Made by a program: the position numbers and the translations under genes
Shown here: piece after piece, positions 38,377 through 48,266 of the stretch
How the letters are laid out: every line of letters begins with the position of its first letter
How positions within the stretch are numbered: position 1 is the stretch's first letter
Source of the DNA: an uncultured Verrucomicrobiae bacterium
GTDB lineage: Bacteria > Verrucomicrobiota > Verrucomicrobiia > Limisphaerales > UBA11358
NCBI GenBank assembly: GCA_963802965.1
Contig: CAWDKS010000003.1
Location: 202,819 to 266,818 of the forward strand
DNA: 64,000 bases
Reading direction: 5' to 3'
Notes under the pieces: generated by a model
Databases searched by the model: none
Seen by the model: the letters and a program-made list of their open reading frames with translations, nothing else
Told to the model about the DNA's origin: nothing

Positions 38377-38607
38377 GCGGGGAGTTTGTCACGGACGCTC
38401 GGCGGTTTCAATCTTGTTTCCACCGGCGGGAATTTCAGCCGCCGCCTGCCGCTGTTTTTTCACTGGCGGCGCCATCGGAGATTTTCTATGCTGTTTTCTC
38501 CATCGTCACTGAAAGGCAGGACGCCTGAGAGATCGCGTTTTTCATGCGCCCGGTGAAATGGCAGTCGGTGACCGGCTGGATTCAACACAAATCGAACAGG
38601 CAAATAT

Positions 38608-40923
38608 ATGAAACTGGTTACTCAAATCAAACGTCATCCCCGGTTGTTGTTGGTTCTGGTCGCGCTGTCGGCCGGTGCCGGAACCGCCGGCGCGCAGGAA
38701 TCTCCCGTTTATCTGGATGCGACCAAACCCATCGAAACGCGCGTCGGGGATTTGCTTTCCCGCCTGACCCTGGAAGAAAAGGTTTCGCTGGTCCATGCCG
38801 ATGCGCGTTTCTCGGTCGCCGGCGTTCCCCGGCTGGGCGTTCCCGGGCTGCGGATGAGCGACGGACCCATCGGCGTGCGCGCGGAAGAGCGGTTCGGCGC
38901 GCGGGGTGAAGAGCGGTCATCGGATACGCGCGTTGATGATTTTGCGACCGCCATGCCGGCGACGCTGGGTCTGGCAGCGACGTGGAACACCGACCTGGCC
39001 ACGGCTTACGGCGCGGTGATCGGCCAGGAAGCCATGCACCGCGGCAAGAATATCATGCTCGGGCCCGCGCTCAACATCCAGCGCACTCCGTTGTGCGGCC
39101 GGAATTTTGAGTATATGGGCGAGGACCCGTTCCTGACCTCGCGCATGGCCGTCAATTACATCCAGGGCGAACAGGCCCAGGGCGTCTCCTCCTGCGCCAA
39201 ACATTATGCCGCGAACAACCAGGAATACGAGCGGAATACGATCAACGTGGAGATGGACGAGCGCACGTTGCGGGAGATTTATCTGCCGGCGTTTCGCGCG
39301 GCGGTGCAGGAGGGGGGCGTGTTGACCGTCATGGGCGCCTACAACCTGTTCCGCGGCCAGCACTGTTGCGAGAACGATTATCTGCTCAACAAAATTCTCA
39401 AGGATGAATGGGGATTCAAAGGCGCCGTCATGTCCGACTGGGGCGGCGTGCATCATACCGATTTGGCCGCGTTCAACGGCATGGACATCGAGATGGGCAC
39501 GCGCCCGCCTTACGAAAGCAACTATCTGGCCCAACCCTATCTGGCAGGGTTGGAGTCCGGCCAGTTTCCCGTGTCCACCGTGGACGAAAAGGTCCGGCGC
39601 AGCCTTTACATGATGTTCAAACTGAACCTGATCCACGACCCGTCCGCGCCGGCGGCCACCAACGCCGGGCCGCAGGGTCCGTTGAGCACCAAGGCGCACC
39701 AGGAAACATCGCGCCAGGTGGCGGAGGAATCCTTTGTGCTACTGAAGAATGAAAACCTGCTTCCGTTGGACCCGGCCAGGATCAAAACCATCGCCATCAT
39801 CGGCGCCAATGGCGCGGCGCGGTTCGCCAACGGAGGCGGTTCCGCCATGGTCAAACCGCCTTACGAAATCACCGCGCTACAGGGTATCAGCAACCGGCTT
39901 GGCGACGGCGTGAAGCTCATTTATGCCCAGGGCTACAATGCGGCCAGCGGTTCGGGACGACCTGACCGGCGGGACATCGAAGCGCCACCGCCGCTCCTGA
40001 ATGTTTCCAATCTGGTTGCCGAAGCCGTGGCCGCCGCCAAATCGGCGGACGCGGTCATTTATATTGGCGGCTTGAACCACCATGGCGGTTACGACACCGA
40101 AGGGGCGGACCGCAGGGACCTCAAATTGCCCGCCGGACAGGACGAGTTGATCCAGAAAATCGTGCAGGCCAATCCCAAGACCGTGGTTGTGCTCATGGGC
40201 GGCGGGGCCGTGGAAATGGATGCGTGGCTCGCCAAAGTACCGGCCGTGCTCTACGCTTGGTATCCCGGTTTGGAAGGCGGCAACGCGCTGGCCCATGTCC
40301 TTTTCGGCGACGTGAATCCGTCGGGCAAACTGCCCTGCACCTTCCCGGAACGGCTGGCGGATTCGCCGGCGCACGCGCTCCAGGCCTATCCCGGCACCAA
40401 CGACACCGTGGTTTACCAGGAAGGCCTCCTCGTCGGCTACCGCTGGTTCGACACAAAAGAAATCAAGCCGCTGTTCCCCTTTGGCTACGGCCTTTCCTAC
40501 ACCACGTTCAAATATTCGCGGCTCAACCTCGTTCCCGATCCGGCGGCGCTGAACGTGCCCGTGACGGTTGAATTCGAGCTTGCCAACACCGGCAGCCGCG
40601 CCGGCGCGGAGGTGGCTCAGGTCTATGTGCAGGAAGCCAGCCCCAGCCTGCCGCGGCCGCTCAAGGAGCTGAAGGGTTTCAAAAAAGTTTTCCTGCAACC
40701 CGGGGAAAAACGAAAAGTATCCCTCGTCCTCGACCGAAGCGCCTTTGCCCATTACGACCCGGACAAAAAAGGCTGGGTGGCCGACAAGGGCGCCTACAAA
40801 ATCCTGATCGGCAGTTCCTCGCGCGACATCCGGCTCCACGGCACATTCAAACTGGCGGAAACGCTCGTTGCGCTGGATGGCCCGGCTCAATATGCGCCAG
40901 ACGCCTTCGCCGTGGTGAAATGA
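38608..40923 (+). CDS. bglX: glycoside hydrolase family 3 beta-glucosidase
   Basis: Signal peptide, KHYAANNQE, GAVMSDWGG (nucleophile Asp context), and a C-terminal FnIII-like domain. Confidence 0.9.
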   Translation: MKLVTQIKRHPRLLLVLVALSAGAGTAGAQESPVYLDATKPIETRVGDLLSRLTLEEKVSLVHADARFSVAGVPRLGVPGLRMSDGPIGVRAEERFGARGEERSSDTRVDDFATAMPATLGLAATWNTDLATAYGAVIGQEAMHRGKNIMLGPALNIQRTPLCGRNFEYMGEDPFLTSRMAVNYIQGEQAQGVSSCAKHYAANNQEYERNTINVEMDERTLREIYLPAFRAAVQEGGVLTVMGAYNLFRGQHCCENDYLLNKILKDEWGFKGAVMSDWGGVHHTDLAAFNGMDIEMGTRPPYESNYLAQPYLAGLESGQFPVSTVDEKVRRSLYMMFKLNLIHDPSAPAATNAGPQGPLSTKAHQETSRQVAEESFVLLKNENLLPLDPARIKTIAIIGANGAARFANGGGSAMVKPPYEITALQGISNRLGDGVKLIYAQGYNAASGSGRPDRRDIEAPPPLLNVSNLVAEAVAAAKSADAVIYIGGLNHHGGYDTEGADRRDLKLPAGQDELIQKIVQANPKTVVVLMGGGAVEMDAWLAKVPAVLYAWYPGLEGGNALAHVLFGDVNPSGKLPCTFPERLADSPAHALQAYPGTNDTVVYQEGLLVGYRWFDTKEIKPLFPFGYGLSYTTFKYSRLNLVPDPAALNVPVTVEFELANTGSRAGAEVAQVYVQEASPSLPRPLKELKGFKKVFLQPGEKRKVSLVLDRSAFAHYDPDKKGWVADKGAYKILIGSSSRDIRLHGTFKLAETLVALDGPAQYAPDAFAVVK

Positions 40924-40938
40924 AATCAGCAACCTGCG

Positions 40939-41373
40939 TTATTTCGCCTGCGCAAAGAGCATGAGCACGCGCGGGCCGCGAGGCGTCGTCAGTTGATATT
41001 GCGCCTCCTGCGAATTGCGCGGGATGGCCAGGCCATCGCAGTGTTCGTCGCGGACCGGCTTGCCGTCCACTAGCAGCATGTAGTGATGCGTGCGGTTGCA
41101 TGGAATGTCTTGCAACGTGACCTGCCAGACGGGCTGCGCGGCGTCACGAACCAGCGGCGCCTTCTGCCACTTGGTGAACGTGCCGACAATTTCAACCGTC
41201 ACCGGTTCCTGCGTCTGGCCGGCGGGCAGGCGCCAGCGGAAAATCTTGGTGAACGTCTGCGGCCGGTCCGCCTTTGGCACCCGGACAACCAGTCTGGATG
41301 GAATGCCGGGAAAAGCCGGTCCGGGTCCCTGCGGCGGATTGCGGCCGGGTGAATTGTCGGAATCTTGAAACAT
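40939..41373 (-). CDS. glycogen-binding (CBM48/AMPK-beta-like) domain protein
   Basis: ATG at 41373 (MFQDSDNSPG...). VEIVGTFTKWQKAPLVRD...WQVTLQDIP...HHYMLLVDGKPVRDEH fits the V-I-G-F--W...H-Y-F-VDG pattern of the AMPK1_CBM domain. Confidence 0.6.
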   Translation of the reverse strand: MFQDSDNSPGRNPPQGPGPAFPGIPSRLVVRVPKADRPQTFTKIFRWRLPAGQTQEPVTVEIVGTFTKWQKAPLVRDAAQPVWQVTLQDIPCNRTHHYMLLVDGKPVRDEHCDGLAIPRNSQEAQYQLTTPRGPRVLMLFAQAK

Positions 41374-41468
41374 GCTCCTTGTCTTTCGTGAATGAGTTGA
41401 ACGAACTTCCCGCCCGGTCCCCCCGGCGACGCGCGGGTGTTGATACGTGATAATTTTTGAGGGTGCGA

Positions 41469-42531
41469 CTATTCCATGTTGGGATACGAGCCGAGGACCT
41501 TGACAAAATTGCAGTGCCGGCCCAAAAGCTGGATCGCCTTGGCGACTTTCCGGTCCTGCGCGTGGCCCTCGCAATCAATGAAGAAGAAATATTCCCACGC
41601 CTTCCGCTTGCTCGGACGGGATTCAATCTTGGTCAGGTTGATTTTGTGACGGCGGAACGCGGCGATGGCCTCATGCAGCGCCCCGGCCTTGTCGGCGACG
41701 CTGAGCATCAGGCTCGTGCGGTCGTCGCCGGTCGGCGGACTGCACTGGCGGCCCAGCACGAGAAACCGCGTGGCGTTGGCGGCGTTGTCCTGAATGTCCT
41801 GTTCCAAAACTTGCAGGCCGTATTTTTCGGCGGCGAGCATCCCGGCGATGGCGGCGGTCGATTTTTCCCTGGCCGCCAGTTCCGCCGAACGCGCGTTCGA
41901 CGAAGTCTCGATGATTTCCACGCCCGGCAGATGGTTTTGGATCCAGCCGCGGCATTGCGCCAGTGACTGGGGATGCACGTAAAGTTTTTTGATCAGCTTC
42001 CGCGGCGAGTTGCTTAAAAGACATTGCTGCACGGGCAGGACGATTTGCGAAACGACCTTCAAATCGCTGTCCACGAACATGTCGAGCGTGTGGGTGACGA
42101 CGCCCTCGGTGGAATTTTCCACCGGCACGACGCCGTAATCCGCGCTCTTCTTGCTGACCTCGCTGAAAACGTCCGCGATGGTCTTTTGCGGCGAGTATTT
42201 GAGGCTGGAACCGAACCGGCGGATGGCCGCCTGATGCGTGAACGTCGCCTCCGGGCCGAAGTAGGCGATGGTCATCGTCTTTTCGAGCGCGAGGGCGCTG
42301 GACATGATTTCGCGGTAAATCGCGCGGAGCTGTTCGTTGGTGATCGGGCCCTGCATTGAGTCCGCAGACGCGTTCGAGGACGGCGCGTTCGCGGTGTGGC
42401 GCGTAAATCTCCTCGCCCGCCGCCAGCTTCATGTCGCCGATGGCCAGCACGTGGCGGGTGCGGTCGTTGAGCAGCCGGACGATTTGCGCGTCCAGCCTGT
42501 CAATCGCCGTGCGATGTTTGGAAATGTTCAA
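41469..42531 (-). pseudogene. pheA: bifunctional chorismate mutase/prephenate dehydratase (P-protein), interrupted by a frameshift
   Basis: The PDT+ACT part is intact in ORF 41469..42356. Chorismate-mutase helices 1-2 (IDRLDAQIVRLLNDRTRHVLAIGDMK...ERVCGLNAGP) sit in the frame of ORF 41671..42531, while helix 3 (ITNEQLRAIYREIMSSALALE) is in the PDT frame. The switch is at the GCAGGGCCCGAT run, about 42343-42354. Confidence 0.75.
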
Positions 42532-42575
42532 GCGAAGATAGAATGCCGGAAGCGGAAGGAAGAATCAAATCGCTT

Positions 42576-43292
42576 TCACGGGGCGCGATTGGACGAATCA
42601 CCAGTCGTCGGGGCGGCAACGGATTCTGCCTTCTTCATTTTGCCTTCTTCATTCAGTTGAAGTTGCTCCGGCGGATTGGTGGCCAGGCCGGGTTCGGCCG
42701 TCACGGGCGCGGGCGGTTTTTCGACCACGATTTTCCTGAGTTCATCCGCGGCGGGCAAACCGTCCAGACCGCGCAGGCCGAAGTATTCGAGGAACAACGG
42801 CGTGGTGCCGTAAGTCGGCGGCCGGCCCACCACCTCGGCGCGTCCGGCGCCCTCGACCAGCCCGCGTTCCATCAGCGTTTGCATGACGCCATCCACGTTC
42901 ACGCCGCGAATCTGCTCGACCTCGGCGCGCGTGACCGGCTGGCGATAGGCGATGATGGCGAGCGTTTCGAGCGCGGGCTGCGAAAGCCGCGGCGGACGGA
43001 TTTTTTGTCCGACCAGCGCCTTGAGCCACGGCGAAAATTCCGGTTGCGTGACGAATTGCCACGCGCCCGCGACGCACGCGAGGCGATAACTGCGCCCGCC
43101 GGTTTCGTGTTCGCGCGCCAGTTGTTCCAGCGCGGCGGTCAACTCGCTCTCCTTGATTTTGGCGAGCGATTTGGCGGTGGCGTCGGCGTCCTCGGCTTCG
43201 GCGGCGGCGGCCAGCACGTCACGAAGCTCCTTTACGTTCAACGGTTTTTGCGCGGAGAACAGGAGCGATTCCAAAATGAATTTCAGTTCCAT
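42576..43292 (-). CDS. scpB: segregation and condensation protein B
   Basis: MELKFILESLLFSAQKPL... and ETLAIIAYRQPVTRAEVEQIRGVNVDGVMQTLMERGLV (winged-helix ScpB repeats). Confidence 0.88.
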   Translation of the reverse strand: MELKFILESLLFSAQKPLNVKELRDVLAAAAEAEDADATAKSLAKIKESELTAALEQLAREHETGGRSYRLACVAGAWQFVTQPEFSPWLKALVGQKIRPPRLSQPALETLAIIAYRQPVTRAEVEQIRGVNVDGVMQTLMERGLVEGAGRAEVVGRPPTYGTTPLFLEYFGLRGLDGLPAADELRKIVVEKPPAPVTAEPGLATNPPEQLQLNEEGKMKKAESVAAPTTGDSSNRAP

Positions 43293-43407
43293 GTTAAAAC
43301 GGTGAATGAATCAAAAGTTAATTCGCCCCGGTCCCGATTTTACGGACTGTCGGCGGGCGCATGAACATAGTTTTAGTTGAGTTGAGTTTCAAAGTCCACA
43401 GGAGACT

Positions 43408-43498
43408 GGTAGTGTCCTAATTTGAAATTGGTGGGTGCGCCGCTGCCGCGGCGCACGGCGATGTGGCAGCACCGCCGCCACCAAATCAGGACACTACC
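43408..43498. repeat. long imperfect hairpin element (intergenic)
   Basis: GGTAGTGTCCTAATTTG..TTGGTGG (43408-43434) is complementary to CCACCAAATCAGGACACTACC (43478-43498). It encloses the inner hairpin GTGCGCCGC-tgcc-GCGGCGCAC. Confidence 0.65.
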
Positions 43499-43512
43499 CC
43501 CTTGTGGCCCGG

Positions 43513-44520
43513 TCACTTTACCGACACCAGTTTTACGTTCATGACCTGGTTCATCTGGTTCGTAATGCTTTGCATCCGGCCGGCGGCGCCCGGGTTGCCG
43601 CGCGGATTTGCGGGCACGTTCATGACCATTTTCATGTCCTGGTTCATGGTCATATCAATCGTTATCCCCAATTCCGGGTCGAACCAGGACACACCCGAAC
43701 AGTCGCTGTCCAGGATGGACACGGACATCCCGGCCGGATTTGCATTGGTGCCGGGTGTGGATTTGATGGTTCCCTGGAACTCGATACGGGCGCAGTTGCG
43801 TTTCCCGTGCATTTCCCAACTGACAAAGGTGCAGTCGAAATCAGTGACCATGGTGCCAAGCGGGCCCATCTCAAAGCTCTGTTTCATCGGCCAGGTGTCC
43901 CCCGGTTGCACCGCCTTGGGCGGCATGAAACGGTTGGCGCTCATCATCTGCTTGAAATAACTCTCGCTATACATGCTTTTAAGGGGTGCGAGCGCATTTG
44001 CCGGCGCGCCGGACGACAGCCGGTTCATCATTTCATCCACGCCTTCGATTCGCTCGACCTCGTTGCTGGCATCCAGGAAAAACTGGATTTTGGAGCCGAC
44101 GATTTTTCCGAACATGTCGGCCACCGGATTCGGCTTGTCCGCGGTTGTTTTTTTAGCCGAATCGTAATCCAGCAACTTCTTGCCTCCCATCTCCATCCCC
44201 ATCCGGGCGCTGAGAAATTCCATCTCCACTTCATGTCCGCCGTCGGGATTTTCCTTCAACACCGTCAGCCCGTATTCCTGTCCCATGGTCATGTCCTGCT
44301 TCATGGGAGCGGGCCGGCCTGGCATGGAAATCTCCGTCTTCACCTTCATGTCCATGTCCTGCAAGATGCGTTCGCCCTGCGGCCATTTCAATTTCAACTC
44401 CACCGGGCCGCTCGGCGGCGTGAAGGTGGAGGGCTGTGCCAGTTTGCCGGATTTGTTGCAGCCCACCCACGACAGACTCAATGCGAGGGCGGTGGCGATC
44501 AGGACAAGGTTTTTTTTCAT
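43513..44520 (-). CDS. hypothetical lipoprotein
   Basis: ATG at 44520. MKKNLVLIATALALSLSWVGC has a lipobox-like signal. The protein is Met-rich and no family was recognised. Confidence 0.55.
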   Translation of the reverse strand: MKKNLVLIATALALSLSWVGCNKSGKLAQPSTFTPPSGPVELKLKWPQGERILQDMDMKVKTEISMPGRPAPMKQDMTMGQEYGLTVLKENPDGGHEVEMEFLSARMGMEMGGKKLLDYDSAKKTTADKPNPVADMFGKIVGSKIQFFLDASNEVERIEGVDEMMNRLSSGAPANALAPLKSMYSESYFKQMMSANRFMPPKAVQPGDTWPMKQSFEMGPLGTMVTDFDCTFVSWEMHGKRNCARIEFQGTIKSTPGTNANPAGMSVSILDSDCSGVSWFDPELGITIDMTMNQDMKMVMNVPANPRGNPGAAGRMQSITNQMNQVMNVKLVSVK

Positions 44521-44605
44521 GGTTGTTTTCTTTCCAATTGGAATTAAACGCGAGTCTAACCATTCGGCGGTCGCGGGCAAATTATAAAAACAACGGAAAA
44601 TGTGA

Positions 44606-44623
44606 GACGCGCGGCAGCGCGTC
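44606..44623 (-). terminator. GC-rich hairpin downstream of ppdK (REP-like, possible terminator)
   Basis: GACGCGC-ggca-GCGCGTC, followed on the minus strand by tctcacattttccgttgttttt. Confidence 0.4.
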
Positions 44624-44632
44624 CCTACCGAA

Positions 44633-47380
44633 TTACTTTTTCTTCGCTTTTTTGGCGACTTCCTCTTCGAGGGCGGCCTGCGCGGCGGCCAAGCGGGCCA
44701 CCGGCACGCGGAAAGGCGAGCAGCTCACATAACTGAGGCCAATCTTGTGGCAGAATTTCACGGAGGAGGGATCGCCGCCATGTTCGCCGCAGATGCCGAG
44801 CTTGATGCCAGGACGGGTTTTGTTGCCCTTCTCGACGGCGATCTTCATCAACTGGCCGGTGCCCGCCTGATCAATCGAGGCGAACGGATTGGTCCGGGTG
44901 ATTTCCAATTCCGCATACGCCGGCAGGAACGTGCCGGAGTCGTCGCGGCTCATGCCCAGGCAGGTCTGCGTCAGGTCGTTGGTGCCGAAGCTGAAAAACT
45001 CGGCGGTCTCGGCGATTTCGTCGGCCGTAAGCGCGCCGCGCGGCACCTCGATCATCGTGCCGACCAGATAGGCGATCTTCGTCTTGGTCTCCGCCATGAC
45101 TTCCTTCGCGACGCGATGGACAACTTCGACTTGAAGGTCGAGTTCCTTCTTGAACCCGACGAGCGGGATCATGACTTCCGGCTTCACCTTGATGCCGGAT
45201 TTTTGGACCTCGACGGCGGCCTCGAAGATGGCGCGCGCCTGCATCTCGGAAATTTCGGAATGGATGATGCCGAGGCGGCAGCCGCGGAAACCGAGCATCG
45301 GGTTGAACTCGTGCAGTTCCTTGACGCGTTGTTTGATTTTCTCAACCGGTACGCCCATTTTGACGGCAAGCTCCTGTTGCGACTTGTCCTCGTGCGGGAG
45401 GAATTCGTGCAACGGCGGATCCAGGAAACGGATGGTCGCCGGGTAACCGTCCAGCGCCTGGAAGATGCCGACGAAGTCGCCCTTCTGGTAAGGCAGGATT
45501 TTCGCGAGCGCTTTTTTGCGGTCGGCGAGGTTGTCGGCGAGGATCATCTCGCGCATGGCGTCAATGCGGTTGCCCTCGAAGAACATGTGTTCGGTGCGGG
45601 TCAGGCCGATGCCCGTGGCGCCGAACGCGAGCGCGGTTTTGGTTTGTTCCGGCGTGTCGGCATTGGCGCGGACCTGCATCCGCGTGACTTTCGAGCACCA
45701 GTTCATCAGCGTGGCATACATGCCGTAGGTCTCGCTCTTCTTGCCGTCGAGGGACTTCTCGACGAGCACCTGGACGATTTCGGATGCGGCGGTCGGGAGC
45801 TGGCCGGCATAGACATTGCCGAGCGTGCCGTTGATGGAGAGGAAGTCGCCTTCCTTGAACGTCTGGCCGGACGCCGTGAGGGTCTTGGCGGCGTAATCAA
45901 TCTGGAGCGCGCCGGCGCCGCAGACGCAGACTTTGCCCATCTGACGGGCGACGAGCGCCGCGTGCGAACTGACGCCGCCCTTTGCGGTGAGAATGCCTTC
46001 GGAGGCGATCATGCCCCGCAGGTCTTCCGGCGTGGTTTCGTTGCGGACGAGCAGGACCTTTTCGCCCTTGGCCGCGGCGGCATCAGCGCGGTCGGCGTTG
46101 AGATACATCTTGCCGGAGGCGGCGCCGGGACCGGCGGGCAAACCTTTGGCGATGATCTTGGCGGCGGCTTCAGCCTTGCGTTCAAACACCGGGGCGAGGA
46201 GCTGGTCAAGCTGGTCGGCCGGGTTGCGGCGGATGGCCGTCTTCCAGTCAATGAGCTTCTCCCGGCACATGTCCATGGAGAACTTCAGCGCGGCCATCGC
46301 GGTGCGCTTGCCGTTGCGCGTCTGGAGCATGAATACCTTGCCGTCCTGGATCGTGAACTCAAAATCCTGCACGTCCTGGAAATGCCTCTCCAGCGTGGCG
46401 CGGATGTTGTCGAGCTCCTTGTAGGCGGCGGGCATTTCCTTCGCGAGCTGCGCGACGGGTTCGGGCGTGCGCACGCCGGCAACGACGTCTTCGCCCTGGG
46501 CGTTGATGAGAAATTCACCGTAAAATTCCTTGGTGCCGTTGGCCGGGTTGCGCGTGAACGCGACGCCGGAACCGGACGCGTCGCCGGTGTTGCCATAAAC
46601 CATGGCCTGGATGTTGACGGCGGTTCCCCATTCGGAGGGAATGCCGTATTTGCGGCGGTAAACGATTGCGCGGTCGTTCATCCAGGAACCAAACACGGCG
46701 CCGGTCGCGCCCCAAAGCTGTTTCCACGGGTCCTGCGGAAATTCCGTGCCGCTGCGTTCCTTGATGAGGGCTTTGAAACGCTTGACGAGTTCCTGCTGGT
46801 CCTTGGCGGTGAGCTTGGAATCTTCGATGTCCGCGTGATATTTCTGGTGCTTGAATTCGTGAATCACGACTTCAAACGGTTCGTGATCTTCGCCTTCCGA
46901 CTTCTGCACGCCCAGAACGACGTCGCCATACATCTGGACGAAACGGCGGTAGCAATCCCATGCAAAGCGTTCATTCTTCGTCGCTTTGACCAGCGCAAGA
47001 ACGGTTTCGTCGTTGAGGCCGAGATTCAAAATCGTGTCCATCATGCCGGGCATTGAATCGCGCGCGCCGGAGCGGACGGAGACGAGCAGCGGCATCGCGC
47101 CTTTGTCGCCGAACCGGGTGCCCATGATTTTCTCCAGGAAAGCCATGCCGTCGCGGGCTTGCGCCTCGAGGACCTTCGGATAGGTGCGCTTGTTGGCGTA
47201 ATAATAGGTGCAGACCTCGGTCGTCATGGTGAAACCGGGGGGCACGGGCAGTCCGATGCGGGACATTTCGGCGAGGTTGGCGCCCTTGCCGCCCAGCAGG
47301 GGCTTCATGGAACCGTTGCCATCGGCCTTCTTGTTTCCAAAGAGATAAACGTATTTGTTCGCTTTCGTTGCTTTAGCCAT
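44633..47380 (-). CDS. ppdK: pyruvate, phosphate dikinase
   Basis: 915 aa. ATP-grasp N-terminus, phospho-His loop [18 protein letters not shown], and a PEP/pyruvate domain with [10 protein letters not shown]. Confidence 0.95.
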   Translation of the reverse strand: MAKATKANKYVYLFGNKKADGNGSMKPLLGGKGANLAEMSRIGLPVPPGFTMTTEVCTYYYANKRTYPKVLEAQARDGMAFLEKIMGTRFGDKGAMPLLVSVRSGARDSMPGMMDTILNLGLNDETVLALVKATKNERFAWDCYRRFVQMYGDVVLGVQKSEGEDHEPFEVVIHEFKHQKYHADIEDSKLTAKDQQELVKRFKALIKERSGTEFPQDPWKQLWGATGAVFGSWMNDRAIVYRRKYGIPSEWGTAVNIQAMVYGNTGDASGSGVAFTRNPANGTKEFYGEFLINAQGEDVVAGVRTPEPVAQLAKEMPAAYKELDNIRATLERHFQDVQDFEFTIQDGKVFMLQTRNGKRTAMAALKFSMDMCREKLIDWKTAIRRNPADQLDQLLAPVFERKAEAAAKIIAKGLPAGPGAASGKMYLNADRADAAAAKGEKVLLVRNETTPEDLRGMIASEGILTAKGGVSSHAALVARQMGKVCVCGAGALQIDYAAKTLTASGQTFKEGDFLSINGTLGNVYAGQLPTAASEIVQVLVEKSLDGKKSETYGMYATLMNWCSKVTRMQVRANADTPEQTKTALAFGATGIGLTRTEHMFFEGNRIDAMREMILADNLADRKKALAKILPYQKGDFVGIFQALDGYPATIRFLDPPLHEFLPHEDKSQQELAVKMGVPVEKIKQRVKELHEFNPMLGFRGCRLGIIHSEISEMQARAIFEAAVEVQKSGIKVKPEVMIPLVGFKKELDLQVEVVHRVAKEVMAETKTKIAYLVGTMIEVPRGALTADEIAETAEFFSFGTNDLTQTCLGMSRDDSGTFLPAYAELEITRTNPFASIDQAGTGQLMKIAVEKGNKTRPGIKLGICGEHGGDPSSVKFCHKIGLSYVSCSPFRVPVARLAAAQAALEEEVAKKAKKK

Positions 47381-47738
47381 AAATTGCTTCCCGGTCGTTG
47401 GTTGTGATGTTTATTGTCCACCCTCCGCAGTCCCGATTTTATCAGGACGGAGGACGGGTCAGGCCGGTCTTGTTATCACAAGCCGCGCCTTTGTGAAATA
47501 TCTTTTAAGCCGGAAACCTTCCGAAGACTCTGCATTTTTTGGGAAAAGATGCCCGTAATTTGGCCGCCCGTCGGGCCGGGATTGAGGAACACTTTTGGAG
47601 GACATGAAGAATCGTGATGCCGTGGCGGAGTGATAATTTTTTTAATTCGTTCGTCTTATGCAAAATATGTCCAATATAAACCAAATTGCGTGGAGAAAAC
47701 CTCCGGTTGCCGCCACTAAGTTGTGTGAGGTAAAACTT

Positions 47739-48266
47739 ATGCCACCAACCGTTGCAGTCGAAAAAAGGAAAACCGCGGTGGAACAACACGCCAGCGGCGA
47801 CAAGCGCTTCAAGATTCTTGAGGCGCACATGAAGAAATATCAGTATCGGCAGGACGCCCTGATCGAAGTGCTGCACAAGGCGCAGGAATTGTTCGGCTAC
47901 CTCGAAGACGATTTGCTGTTGTTCGTCGCCCACCGGCTCAAACTGCCGGCCAGCCGGGTTTATGGCGTCGCCACATTCTATCATTTCTTCACGCTCAAAC
48001 CGCAGGGCAAACACACCTGCGTCGTCTGCCTCGGCACGGCCTGCTACGTCAAGGGCGCGAACAAGCTGCTCGAGGCCGTCGAAGGCCAGACGAAGGTCAA
48101 GGCCGGCGAGACGACGCCGGACAACCAGGTTTCCCTGCTGACCGCGCGCTGCATCGGCGCCTGCGGCATTGCCCCCGCCGTCGTTTATGACGGCACGGTC
48201 ACGCCGCGCCAGACCCCTGAAAGCGCGCTCGAACACGTGAAAGGATGGATGTCAAATGGTCATTGA
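47739..48266 (+). CDS. hoxE: bidirectional [NiFe] hydrogenase diaphorase subunit HoxE (NuoE-like 2Fe-2S)
   Basis: ATG at 47739 with GAGG 8 nt upstream; the ORF track starts at 47658. [11 protein letters not shown]..., [11 protein letters not shown], and cluster Cys in [11 protein letters not shown] and [11 protein letters not shown]. Confidence 0.85.
   Translation: MPPTVAVEKRKTAVEQHASGDKRFKILEAHMKKYQYRQDALIEVLHKAQELFGYLEDDLLLFVAHRLKLPASRVYGVATFYHFFTLKPQGKHTCVVCLGTACYVKGANKLLEAVEGQTKVKAGETTPDNQVSLLTARCIGACGIAPAVVYDGTVTPRQTPESALEHVKGWMSNGH

Noticed and set aside
41671-42345. The roughly 230-aa tail of ORF 41671..42531 (DHQRTAPRDLPRNHVQ...)
   Set aside because: It is out-of-frame read-through over the genuine prephenate dehydratase frame. 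Only the first 60 or so residues, the chorismate mutase helices, are meaningful.
44747-47056. 769-aa ORF antisense to ppdK. Similar long antisense ORFs: 48199..49896 (vs hoxF), 22926..24236 (vs rpoD), 24351..26174 (vs waaA), 25934..27100, 33170..34222 (vs mfd), 51938..53266 (vs hoxH), 58361..59251 (vs hypE), 60128..61105, 17942..18865
   Set aside because: All lie opposite genes with clear family motifs. Their translations are dominated by A/G/R/D/V runs with no recognisable motifs. In high-GC DNA the antisense frames are often stop-free.
47604-47633. A 9-codon uORF (MKNRDAVAE) with GGAGGA upstream in the hoxE leader
   Set aside because: It is too short and unsupported, and a chance ATG/SD pair is plausible. 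It is noted only as a possibility.
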